Shown here piece after piece: positions 16,537-25,124 of a stretch of DNA of 25,852 bases. The stretch comes from a virus. Its lineage: Duplodnaviria; Caudoviricetes. A program made the position numbers and the translations under genes. The notes under the pieces are model-generated. The model worked only from the letters and a program-made list of their open reading frames with translations. It was not told the origin of the DNA and did not search any database. The stretch covers positions 1-25,852 of IMG/VR virus record IMGVR_UViG_3300034357_000535. The stretch is one strand, 5' to 3'. Position 1 is the first letter of the stretch. Every line of letters begins with the position of its first letter.

Positions 16537-16819
16537 GGATGAAAAAAAACACTACGATAAACTGTCGCAATTAGGATGTATAGTTTGTAGGCGAGAAGGA
16601 TGGGGTTATTCTGCACCTCATATTCATCATATTAGACATGGTGTTGGGTTATCCCAGCGCAGTCATTTTAGCCTGGCAATACCTTTATGCCCAAACCATC
16701 ATCAAAATGGCGGTTATGGAATAGCTTTACATGCAGGACAAAAGGAATTTGAAAAAAAGTTTGGATCGGAAGTTGAGTTACTAGCAGAAACTTTAAATTT
16801 GATTAAAGGAAATTTATGA
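16529..16819 (+). CDS. Ref-like/DUF968 HNH-type nuclease
   Basis: LGCIVC...IHH...AIPLCPNHH...LHAG...FGSE. Confidence 0.8.
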   Translation: MNKDEKKHYDKLSQLGCIVCRREGWGYSAPHIHHIRHGVGLSQRSHFSLAIPLCPNHHQNGGYGIALHAGQKEFEKKFGSEVELLAETLNLIKGNL

Positions 16820-16878
16820 TAGAATTATTGCTTGGCGTTATCATTATGATTATTGCCATTTATCTTATAAATAGGTAA
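16816..16878 (+). CDS. Hydrophobic micro-ORF (20 aa)
   Basis: MIELLLGVIIMIIAIYLINR; SD AAGGA; ATGA overlap. Confidence 0.45.
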   Translation: MIELLLGVIIMIIAIYLINR

Positions 16879-16882
16879 TTTA

Positions 16883-17320
16883 ATGCCAACTGCACCTCTT
16901 AACACCAAGTGTCGGGAATTAGGTTGCAAGAATGAAAAAACTAGCCGATCCACTTTTTGTTCTGATCATGGTGGGGGTGTAACAGAAAAAGGCAAAGAAA
17001 ATAGTAAATTATATGCTACCGCCTTTTGGAAAAAACAAAGAGTTATTCAGTTAAGCAAAAAGCCATTATGTGCAGCTTGTTTAATTGAAGGTCGAGTAGT
17101 TCAAGCTATTCATATAGACCATGTATTCCCACACAGACAAGATGATAATAAGTTTAAGGTAAATCTATTTCAAAGCTTATGTCCAGCGCATCATAGCCTA
17201 AAAACACAAGAAGAAAATGACGGCAAATATTTATATTATTCACCTAATGGATTAATTACTTATACAGACGCAGACTATGACCAAGCTCTTAACGAAACAA
17301 AATCTGCGCAAAATATATAA
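16883..17320 (+). CDS. HNH endonuclease (HK97 gp74-like packaging nuclease)
   Basis: MP.AP...C...GC, LY....W...R, PLCAAC, IDHVFPH, QSLCPAHHSLKT. Confidence 0.85.
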   Translation: MPTAPLNTKCRELGCKNEKTSRSTFCSDHGGGVTEKGKENSKLYATAFWKKQRVIQLSKKPLCAACLIEGRVVQAIHIDHVFPHRQDDNKFKVNLFQSLCPAHHSLKTQEENDGKYLYYSPNGLITYTDADYDQALNETKSAQNI

Positions 17321-17624
17321 AGCATTATCATTATTACCGCCGTTTAATGAAATGCGAGGAATGCCCCAAGCTCATCGCATAACATTTTCTGTAATAAATA
17401 CAAATGAAGTAATGGGATATTTTCATACTCATCCTATGCGAATTGAAATAGATAAGATGTGTGATACTTGGGATAAGATATTTGTAACTATGTTACATGA
17501 GTGTTGCCATGTTTATTTATTTCATAATGGATATGACGATTACGATCAGCATGAAGAAAGATTTAAGAAATTAGCAAAAAGAGTATGCGATGTTTATATT
17601 GGACTTGATGTAAAGGAGTTTTAA
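17277..17624 (+). CDS. SprT-like zinc metalloprotease
   Basis: TMLHECCH (HExxH) with a downstream H...F motif. Confidence 0.75.
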   Translation: MTKLLTKQNLRKIYKALSLLPPFNEMRGMPQAHRITFSVINTNEVMGYFHTHPMRIEIDKMCDTWDKIFVTMLHECCHVYLFHNGYDDYDQHEERFKKLAKRVCDVYIGLDVKEF

Positions 17625-18106
17625 TGAATAAAGTTATAACATTTATATTGGCGCTTATCATTGGCGGACTATTAGCAATTATTTCTGACCGAGTATTTGC
17701 GGCCGATACTAATATCACTACAAATATGAAAGGCATGCCTGTTCCTTCAGCCATTGCGCCTTCTATTTCTACTATGAATCCCAAGATTTGTAAAACAGGG
17801 GTGAGTGGCGGAGCTAATACAGGTGTTGTTTCTTTTAGCGGTGGATTTACAGTAGAGGATGAAAATTGCGCAAGAGTAGTTAAAGCAGAAACCTTATCTA
17901 ATTTAGGATTAAAAGTAAGTGCGGTAAGTTTAATGTGTCAAGATGAATCAATATGGGAAGCAATGGAAATGGCATCTAGCCCTTGCCCATTCGGTGGAGC
18001 ATTAGGCGATGTTGCTAGACGCGCTTGGTTTAAACGATACCCTGAAAGATTCTATAAATTATATGGCTCGGATTTTAAACTTCCTGTTATTGCTGATAAG
18101 CAGTAA
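17624..18106 (+). CDS. Exported four-Cys protein of unknown function
   Basis: N-terminal hydrophobic signal ending VFA; SAIAPS..C.TGVSGG...DENC...MCQD...PCP. Confidence 0.75.
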   Translation: MNKVITFILALIIGGLLAIISDRVFAADTNITTNMKGMPVPSAIAPSISTMNPKICKTGVSGGANTGVVSFSGGFTVEDENCARVVKAETLSNLGLKVSAVSLMCQDESIWEAMEMASSPCPFGGALGDVARRAWFKRYPERFYKLYGSDFKLPVIADKQ

Positions 18107-19025
18107 TGCTTATGCTTGGTATTGCAATTATGTTCCTGATAGCAATGGATACATAACAAATTTACAATGCTATGGTATAGATGATGAAACTGCGCTTACA
18201 GGATATTGGTGTCCTTATTATCCTAATGATCCAATATGCGCACCTTACATTCAACCTGTTTGCACAGACGCTACAGAAACTAGAACTTTATCATGCCCCG
18301 TTAATTATTCAGGTGCATTAAATCAAGTTAGGTATTATACTTGTAGCGCGAGTAGTTGGTCGGCTTGGCAAGATAGCTCAAATAATTGTGTAGCTGATCC
18401 GCCAACTTGTATATCAGCGACAGAAACAAGGACTTTATCATGCGCGAGTGGATACGAAGGATTAATAACGGAATTAAGAGCTTCACAATGCTCCGATCCG
18501 TATGGTTTGCCAACTTGGACTGCATGGTCGGAAACATTAAATACTTGCAAGATGACATTGGACAATCAGAACAATGTAACAAGCCCTGTGAGTGTAATAA
18601 GCCCTGTGAATCCAAGCGGGATACTCAACACAAGTGTTACGCCTACGATAACCGAATCTGTAATTGCACAGACAGATATTGTGCAGACATTTAGTAACAC
18701 ATTAAATAGCACTACAAGCGAAGTCAAAAGCGAATCTAAAAAAGAAGATACCAAATCAGAGGATAAGAAAGATACAGAGATTATTCCTGGATTAGGAATA
18801 GTTTTAAGTTTGGCTTTATTACAAAGCCCAAACAATTTAACTCAACCTAATATGGTTGATTCTTATAATTTAACGCAGGAAAATGATTATGGACTTCAAC
18901 AAGGAATTTATATGGGGCTTATCACTCAAACAAGTATTTCTGATAGGTTCAACGCTTATAGCAGTCGTAGGAACGCCGATTTATTATGGAATTACGACTT
19001 TCAACAAAATGCGTTCGGTCGTTGA
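18063..19025 (+). CDS. Exported Cys-rich protein with duplicated TETRTLSC...W.AW...C modules
   Basis: Likely start ATG 18063 gives signal peptide MARILNFLLLLISSNAYA; two ~45-aa Cys/Trp repeats, a Ser/Thr-rich linker and a hydrophobic stretch IIPGLGIVLSLALL. Confidence 0.75.
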   Translation: MARILNFLLLLISSNAYAWYCNYVPDSNGYITNLQCYGIDDETALTGYWCPYYPNDPICAPYIQPVCTDATETRTLSCPVNYSGALNQVRYYTCSASSWSAWQDSSNNCVADPPTCISATETRTLSCASGYEGLITELRASQCSDPYGLPTWTAWSETLNTCKMTLDNQNNVTSPVSVISPVNPSGILNTSVTPTITESVIAQTDIVQTFSNTLNSTTSEVKSESKKEDTKSEDKKDTEIIPGLGIVLSLALLQSPNNLTQPNMVDSYNLTQENDYGLQQGIYMGLITQTSISDRFNAYSSRRNADLLWNYDFQQNAFGR

Positions 19026-19302
19026 TTCATACGATGAAAGCAAAGTGCAAGCATTAGAAATTCAAATGAAAGCTCAACAAGAGCGTTTATTAGCTATTCA
19101 AGATTCAAGCATTAGAATTAACGAGAAAGCATCAGACGCTATTGCATTGGCTCGTGAAACTTCAGCTATTGCTCGTGGATCACAAAGAGAAGTAGAAGCT
19201 TCATTAACAAGCGTTCGTTCTGAAGTTAAGGCTCAAATAGATGGCTTAAACACTCAAATGAAGGCTATACAAAAATCAATGACTAACCCAATAGGAAATT
19301 AA
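18883..19302 (+). CDS. Membrane-anchored coiled-coil protein
   Basis: N-terminal TM followed by a long heptad helix; overlaps the upstream gene by up to 143 nt. Confidence 0.7.
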   Translation: MIMDFNKEFIWGLSLKQVFLIGSTLIAVVGTPIYYGITTFNKMRSVVDSYDESKVQALEIQMKAQQERLLAIQDSSIRINEKASDAIALARETSAIARGSQREVEASLTSVRSEVKAQIDGLNTQMKAIQKSMTNPIGN

Positions 19303-19303
19303 T

Positions 19304-19786
19304 ATGCTCACCCTTATATCATCTTTACTATCATTCTTTAGTGGCGGATTGCCAAACATTCTTAACTTTTTTCAGGATCGCTCTGATAAGAAGCATGAGA
19401 TTGAGATGTCAAAGCTTCAAACAGAAAAAGAATTGCAAATGGCAGAGCGAGGTTATATTGCTCAAGCTAAAGTAGAAGAAATACATTTAGAACAATCCCA
19501 AGTAGAAGCACAAGCGCAAGAGCGCAATGCTTTATATCAACATGATATTGAAATATCTAAAGGCGCATCAAGATGGGTAGTAAATATTAGAGCTTTAGTA
19601 AGGCCTGTAATTACTTATGGATTATTTAGTTTGTTAGTTTTTGTAGAAGTATTTGGTTTCTTTTATGCTATTCGCACAGGTGTTGATTTCCAAATAGCTA
19701 TGAATTTATTATGGGATGACGAAACACAAATTATATGGGCTTCAGTTGTTTCATTTTGGTTTGGCACACAAGCGTTTAAAAAATGA
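19304..19786 (+). CDS. Holin (GTA 3TM-type)
   Basis: SRWVVNIRALVRPVITY, two C-terminal TMs, VSFWFG; directly upstream of the lysozyme. Confidence 0.75.
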   Translation: MLTLISSLLSFFSGGLPNILNFFQDRSDKKHEIEMSKLQTEKELQMAERGYIAQAKVEEIHLEQSQVEAQAQERNALYQHDIEISKGASRWVVNIRALVRPVITYGLFSLLVFVEVFGFFYAIRTGVDFQIAMNLLWDDETQIIWASVVSFWFGTQAFKK

Positions 19787-20265
19787 AGATATGCGATAAA
19801 GGTTTAGCAATCATAAAAAAATATGAGGGCTTTTATAATAGGCCTTATTTATGCCCTGCTTTAATTTATACGATTGGTTACGGCCATGTCTTATATCCCG
19901 AACAGGCAAGATTGCCATTAGCACAACGAAAAGCATATTTACTAAAAGCAGAACATAACAGAGTATGGAGCAAAGAAGAAATAAATGATTTACTTATTAA
20001 AGACCTTGCACGATTTGAAAGAGGAGTTACTATGTTATTCCCTGTGTCTTATCGATTCACTCAAGGAATGTTTAGCGCCTTATGCTCCTTCGCTTTTAAT
20101 TGCGGGACAGGATTACTACAACGCTCTACTGTTCGCTCTGCTTTGTTACGCGGTGATAAGGATATGGCGGGCGCATCGCTATTGAAATATAATCGTGGTG
20201 GTGGTAAAGTCTTAAACGGATTAGTTAAGCGTAGGCAAGATGAATATAATTTACTAATGACATAG
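19783..20265 (+). CDS. GH24 phage lysozyme (endolysin)
   Basis: KYEG...YLCPA..YTIGYGH (E-8aa-C-5aa-T triad), SFAFNCG, GLVKRR. Confidence 0.92.
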   Translation: MKICDKGLAIIKKYEGFYNRPYLCPALIYTIGYGHVLYPEQARLPLAQRKAYLLKAEHNRVWSKEEINDLLIKDLARFERGVTMLFPVSYRFTQGMFSALCSFAFNCGTGLLQRSTVRSALLRGDKDMAGASLLKYNRGGGKVLNGLVKRRQDEYNLLMT

Positions 20266-20274
20266 GATAAGACA

Positions 20275-20556
20275 ATGGATAAGACAGAGATATTAAGAAC
20301 TGCTAATGAGTATATAACTAAAGACAGACAATCAACGCATGGACAAGCAGAGAATAACTTCGCTAACATAGGAAGATTATGGTCGGCTTATCTGAATCAT
20401 CCAATCACTTCTCAAGATGTTGCAATACTAATGACACTATTAAAGATAGCTAGATATAAAGGCAATCCATCTCATGTTGATAATGCAATAGATATGTGTG
20501 GTTACGCCGCACTAGCAGGCGAGTTAGGTCAAGGAGCTAATAATGAATCGAAGTAA
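20275..20556 (+). CDS. DUF6378-like phage protein
   Basis: DRQSTHG....NF..I..LWSAYL...DVA.LM.LLKIAR...DN..D..GYAAL. Confidence 0.8.
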   Translation: MDKTEILRTANEYITKDRQSTHGQAENNFANIGRLWSAYLNHPITSQDVAILMTLLKIARYKGNPSHVDNAIDMCGYAALAGELGQGANNESK

Positions 20557-20658
20557 TAACGCTAACTTATTGAATAACTTAAACATTTTAGAGGTGTTAA
20601 ACGAGCAAGCGCGAAACCAACCTTTCGTAAAAGGGGTTTTCAAAGGGGGGTGTCTAAC

Positions 20659-21132
20659 ATGAGTGCAAGAATACCAGCCGAAGTCCATTTAATTCATGGC
20701 ACTAAAGGCGAAAAAATGGGAACGCTCCTTCCCGAATCTGTGAAGCGAAGAATTCCCGAATCGGAGTGGATGGACAATCCTGAAGCTTGGAGTAAAAAAA
20801 GATTTTACAATGAAACTGCCGATTATCTTTTTGAAGTTTATGGCATAGGTTCGGATCAAGAGCGTCACACTCTTACTATGCTGACAGATCAGATTGATAC
20901 CTATGTGGATTGCAATCGTCATATTGCCGTTGAAGGTTTAGTAACTAGCTTTAATGACGGAAAGACTATTGGTCCATCGCCTTATGTTTCTATTCGCAAA
21001 GAAGCTCTCAAACAAATTATCCTTTTAATGAATGAGCTTGGACTTACTCCAAAATCAAGATTAGCAAAACCTTCTTCAATGCCAGCTTCTACTTTAGGAA
21101 AACTAATGTTAGGACCACAAGTTAAGAGATGA
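20659..21132 (+). CDS. terS: Terminase small subunit (P27 family)
   Basis: SPYVSI...ELGLTPKSR motif. ATG 20659 follows SD GGGGG; GTG 20650 is an alternative start. Confidence 0.85.
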   Translation: MSARIPAEVHLIHGTKGEKMGTLLPESVKRRIPESEWMDNPEAWSKKRFYNETADYLFEVYGIGSDQERHTLTMLTDQIDTYVDCNRHIAVEGLVTSFNDGKTIGPSPYVSIRKEALKQIILLMNELGLTPKSRLAKPSSMPASTLGKLMLGPQVKR

Positions 21133-22787
21133 GTTATTTAACAGGTGTTCAATATGCTCAAGATGTAGTTAAGGGCAATGTTGAAGTTTGCAATAATATA
21201 AAATTAGCATGTCAGCGCTTCCTAAACTTTATGGAAGATAAGCATTGGGAATATGAGTTCTTTCCTGAATATGTTGAGCATGTATTAGATTTTATATCTG
21301 TTCTTAAACACACTAAAGGTCCTGATGCTGGCAAGCCAATAGTTCTTGAACCTTTCCAAGTTTTACTTCTTTGTGGTATTTATGGATTCCGTCATAAAAA
21401 AGACCATGAAAAAAGAATGACAACCGATGTCATTGTTTTTATTCCTCGCAAAGCTGGCAAATCAACTCTTACCGCAGTTATAGGTTTATATGAATTAGCA
21501 TTCAATGAAGCTGGCGCTGAAGTATTTACACTTGCAACCAATCGCGAACAGGCAACTATTGTTTTTGATGCGGCTCGCTCAATGGTTGAATCTATGCCTG
21601 ATGAAGTTAAAGCATGGTATCGAGTTTCTAAATACGAAATTGGAAAAGCGAATGACAGTCAAACAATGTTCCGCGCTTTATCTCGCGACAATAAAAAATC
21701 AGGCGATGGTAAAAATGCTTCATGCGCCATAATAGACGAAGCAGCTCAAATTGCTGATCGTAATAGTATAGAGGTTATATTTTCAGGCATGGTTGCCCGA
21801 AAGAATCCATTAAGGATTTATATTACTACTGCATCATTTACTAAAGACACAAAGTTCTTTGAAGATTTAACGGCCTTTGAAACTATGCTGAATGGCGATG
21901 CAATTGACAATCCTCATTGGTTTGGTTTGCTATACGGACTTGATCCGCAAGATAATTGGAAAGACGAAACTACTTGGGCTAAAGCAAATCCTATGCACGG
22001 CATTTCTGTATATCAAGATGCAATTAAAGAGCGATGCGAACAAGCTAAATCAAAACCAGCAGCACTAAATGAATTTCTTTGCAAAACTCTTAATGTTTAT
22101 GTATCTGCTAACACCGCATGGATTGATCGCGACTATTGGGATAAGTCTATAGGCGAAGATAAAGGCGATCCTGAAGAAGTATTCATTGGATTTGACTTGG
22201 CGGCAACTCGCGATTTAAATGCAGTTTGCACTTTAAAACGATATGCTTCCGATTATTATTATGCCGATTTTAAATTCTTTTTACCTGAAGAAGCGTTATC
22301 CTTGATTCCAACTCATTATCGTGGTATATTTGACCAAGCCGTTCAATCTAAAATATTGCATATTACTGAAGGCAATGTTATGGATGATCGCGAGATTTCT
22401 GAATACATAAAACAACAAGCTACTTTATATAATGTTAAAGAAGTAGGTTATGACGCTTACAATGCGGCTTCTTTAGTTGCTAGATTACACGATAATAGTA
22501 TTCCTGTTAAAAAAGTTGGACAAGGCATGGCGGTTTTAAATAACCCATCCAAGCATGTTGAAAAACTTATTATGCAAAATGCTATTAAACACAATGGCAA
22601 TCCATTTGTGGGTTGGCAACTAGGCAATTGCGAAGTTTATACCGATGTTAATGGAAATATTAAGATTCGTAAGAACGAAGCAGATAAGAGCGCAAAGGTC
22701 GATGGTATAATAGCCCTTATTATTGCGATGCATTGCTCACTAGATCATCCATTGGTTTCTACATCATTTGGATTTAGAAGTATTTAA
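21129..22787 (+). CDS. terL: Terminase large subunit
   Basis: LEPFQ, Walker A PRKAGKS, Walker B AIIDE, GFDLA and KVDGIIA nuclease motifs. Confidence 0.95.
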   Translation: MSYLTGVQYAQDVVKGNVEVCNNIKLACQRFLNFMEDKHWEYEFFPEYVEHVLDFISVLKHTKGPDAGKPIVLEPFQVLLLCGIYGFRHKKDHEKRMTTDVIVFIPRKAGKSTLTAVIGLYELAFNEAGAEVFTLATNREQATIVFDAARSMVESMPDEVKAWYRVSKYEIGKANDSQTMFRALSRDNKKSGDGKNASCAIIDEAAQIADRNSIEVIFSGMVARKNPLRIYITTASFTKDTKFFEDLTAFETMLNGDAIDNPHWFGLLYGLDPQDNWKDETTWAKANPMHGISVYQDAIKERCEQAKSKPAALNEFLCKTLNVYVSANTAWIDRDYWDKSIGEDKGDPEEVFIGFDLAATRDLNAVCTLKRYASDYYYADFKFFLPEEALSLIPTHYRGIFDQAVQSKILHITEGNVMDDREISEYIKQQATLYNVKEVGYDAYNAASLVARLHDNSIPVKKVGQGMAVLNNPSKHVEKLIMQNAIKHNGNPFVGWQLGNCEVYTDVNGNIKIRKNEADKSAKVDGIIALIIAMHCSLDHPLVSTSFGFRSI

Positions 22788-22796
22788 AGGATAAAC

Positions 22797-24206
22797 ATGG
22801 CTATACTAGATATATTCAAAAGAAAACCTAATCAAAACGCAAGCGAAAGCAACTCTCTTTTTGGTCAAACTGCACTAGGTAACAACATACTTCGCAATGT
22901 TCAAGGCCAAAAAAATCAATCAAATAATCAATTATTATATGTAACTACAAGTTCTGTAAATGCGGCTGGTCGCGTAGTCGATATGTCTATGTTATCGCGC
23001 AACTCAACTGTTATGGCTTGCGTAAATGCTAAAGCTAGAGCATTAGCTCAACTACCTATTAAGATCATGGCTTATGATGAAAATGGTAAGCTAGTTGATG
23101 CGGTTACTGATCCTAATGTTTCAGCAAGAGATAAAGCAAAAGCAAAATCAGTTTATTATTTATTAAACAATCCTAATAACTATCAATCCTCATACGAGTT
23201 TTGGTTTCAATGGTCTATGTGGTATGACCTTTCGGGCGAAACATTTACTGCTTTATGGCGTAAAGAGCAAACTAACTCTACGCTAACCCCTATGGAAATG
23301 TATCTTTTAGATTCAACTTTAATAACCGCTCAAATCACGCCAACGCGATATCCTACATATAGGCTATCGACTAGCACTTACGGATTTAATAAAGATGAGC
23401 CATTAGATTATTTCCAAGTTATTCATGCAAGTGAAATGGCTTGGCAAGGTAGCGCTGGTTTTAATAAAGGTATTCTAGCAACTGAATTAGTATCACTAGA
23501 TCAAGATATTGATTTATATAGTAATTTTATTATGCTTAATGGTGCTAAACCTAGTGGCATGTTTGTTACAGACCAAGTTATTCCTGACGCTAAATTTAAA
23601 GAAATAGCCGCAAGATTAAAAGAAGCATGGACTTCTCTTACAGGTTCTAAATCAACTGATCTATCTAAACCAGGACAAGGTATGTTGTTAGATAACGGCA
23701 TGAAGTATATGCCACTAAATATGCTAACACTTCAAGATGCTGACGCACGCGCATTAAAAGAACAAACGATGAAGCGTATCTGCGGATTGTTTGGTGTGCC
23801 GCCATCTATGATAGGTATTGGCGAAAGCAAATATAATAATACTCAAACTATGCTTGATGAATTTTACAAATCAACCATGTATCCAATGATTGTTAATATT
23901 CAACAAAAGTTTAAGACATCTTTACTAAATGGCTATCCAAATCTTTGTATTGAATTCCAAACTGAAAACTTTTTAAAAGGCGCACCATTAGATCAAATGA
24001 ATTATGCCGTAGCTGGCGTAAATTCAGGTATAATGACACCTAACGAAGCGCGAGAATATCTTGGCAAAGAAAACTTTGAAGGCGCAGACGAATTAAAAGA
24101 TACATCAAAACAAACTAGGCCTATTAGTGGCACTTCACCGCAAGATACGGGTGGCGGTGGTAACACTTCTAGCGTTGGCAAAACAGGTCAGGCAGGTAAA
24201 GCCTAA
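22797..24206 (+). CDS. HK97-family portal protein
   Basis: AQLP, PNNYQS..EF, NGAKPSG, FGVPP, MTPNEAR. Confidence 0.95.
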   Translation: MAILDIFKRKPNQNASESNSLFGQTALGNNILRNVQGQKNQSNNQLLYVTTSSVNAAGRVVDMSMLSRNSTVMACVNAKARALAQLPIKIMAYDENGKLVDAVTDPNVSARDKAKAKSVYYLLNNPNNYQSSYEFWFQWSMWYDLSGETFTALWRKEQTNSTLTPMEMYLLDSTLITAQITPTRYPTYRLSTSTYGFNKDEPLDYFQVIHASEMAWQGSAGFNKGILATELVSLDQDIDLYSNFIMLNGAKPSGMFVTDQVIPDAKFKEIAARLKEAWTSLTGSKSTDLSKPGQGMLLDNGMKYMPLNMLTLQDADARALKEQTMKRICGLFGVPPSMIGIGESKYNNTQTMLDEFYKSTMYPMIVNIQQKFKTSLLNGYPNLCIEFQTENFLKGAPLDQMNYAVAGVNSGIMTPNEAREYLGKENFEGADELKDTSKQTRPISGTSPQDTGGGGNTSSVGKTGQAGKA

Positions 24207-24316
24207 TGACATTAAAAGAGCTACTCGACAAATTAACGCAATCCGCTTTGAAAAGAAAACCAAAGCCGATTGAAACTAACGGAATGAAAAAAAAGGGAGT
24301 TCCAATCAATGATTAA
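24206..24316 (+). CDS. Small basic protein (36 aa; not in ORF track)
   Basis: MTLKELLDKLTQSALKRKPKPIETNGMKKKGVPIND; TAATG coupling to the portal stop and overlap with the protease start. Confidence 0.5.
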   Translation: MTLKELLDKLTQSALKRKPKPIETNGMKKKGVPIND

Positions 24317-25121
24317 TAAACTAAATTTTGAAAAGTATTTTTTTGAATCAAAAGTTCAATTAGGTGTTAAAGCCGATGAAGCTTCCGATTATAGTGGTGT
24401 GATTGAAGCGACAGTAACAACTTTTGGCCCTAGAGAAGGTGCTGATGGTCGTAAATTCAATTATAAAGCTGAAGGATTTGCTGATTGGATGGATGAATTT
24501 ATGAAATCAGAAAAACCTTTGCCAATGTATTTCCAACATAATGATATGTCAATGCCAGTCGGTGAATGGTATGAATTTATGATGGATGATGAAGGCATGC
24601 ATGCAAAAGGTAAGATGTTTGTCAATACAAGCATGGGTAAAGATTTATATACCATTATGAAGGAAAGCCCTAACCTTGTTGGCGGTGTTTCTGTAGGCGC
24701 TTACGCAGACGAATACTGTATGACAGATAAAGAAGGTAATGTTTTAGCAGAAGATGATGATATGGATGAAGCTTATTTCCAAATTACTAAAGGCGGATTA
24801 AGAGAAGTGTCAATTGTTATGCAACCAAATAATTTAGATGCTGAAATCTCGAAATTAGAGTGCTTTAGAGCCGATGGTTCTTTAGACTTAAAACTTATCG
24901 AGAAAGCATTGCGTGATGCAAAACTTTCAAGAAAAGATGCGACCACCGCATCTTCAATTTTCAAACAAATTTTAGCAACTCGTGATGAGCCTGAAATTAA
25001 AGTTGAAAAAGCACCTATTCAGAGTGATGCTGATGCGGTGGTAAACCAAGAAGCAGAATTGCTTAAAGCTTTTGAGCAAAGAGAACTTCTTAAACATCTT
25101 AACAATCGTTTAAAAGGATAA
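24309..25121 (+). CDS. HK97-family prohead protease
   Basis: PMYFQH...PVGEW, GGVSVG (catalytic Ser), LREVSIV..P.N. Confidence 0.92.
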   Translation: MINKLNFEKYFFESKVQLGVKADEASDYSGVIEATVTTFGPREGADGRKFNYKAEGFADWMDEFMKSEKPLPMYFQHNDMSMPVGEWYEFMMDDEGMHAKGKMFVNTSMGKDLYTIMKESPNLVGGVSVGAYADEYCMTDKEGNVLAEDDDMDEAYFQITKGGLREVSIVMQPNNLDAEISKLECFRADGSLDLKLIEKALRDAKLSRKDATTASSIFKQILATRDEPEIKVEKAPIQSDADAVVNQEAELLKAFEQRELLKHLNNRLKG

Positions 25122-25124
25122 ATC

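Noticed and set aside
18328-18835. Several antisense and off-frame ORFs over the Cys-rich gene
   Set aside because: Fully nested in a coherent gene, with no recognisable motif or lipobox.
19783-19900. Cys in place of Asp in the lysozyme catalytic triad
   Set aside because: E-8aa-C-5aa-T is a known GH24 variant, not a sign of inactivation.
24286-24298. A-AAA-AAG slippery sequence in the small ORF before the protease
   Set aside because: A -1 shift does not enter the protease frame; the following GGGAG is explained as the protease SD.
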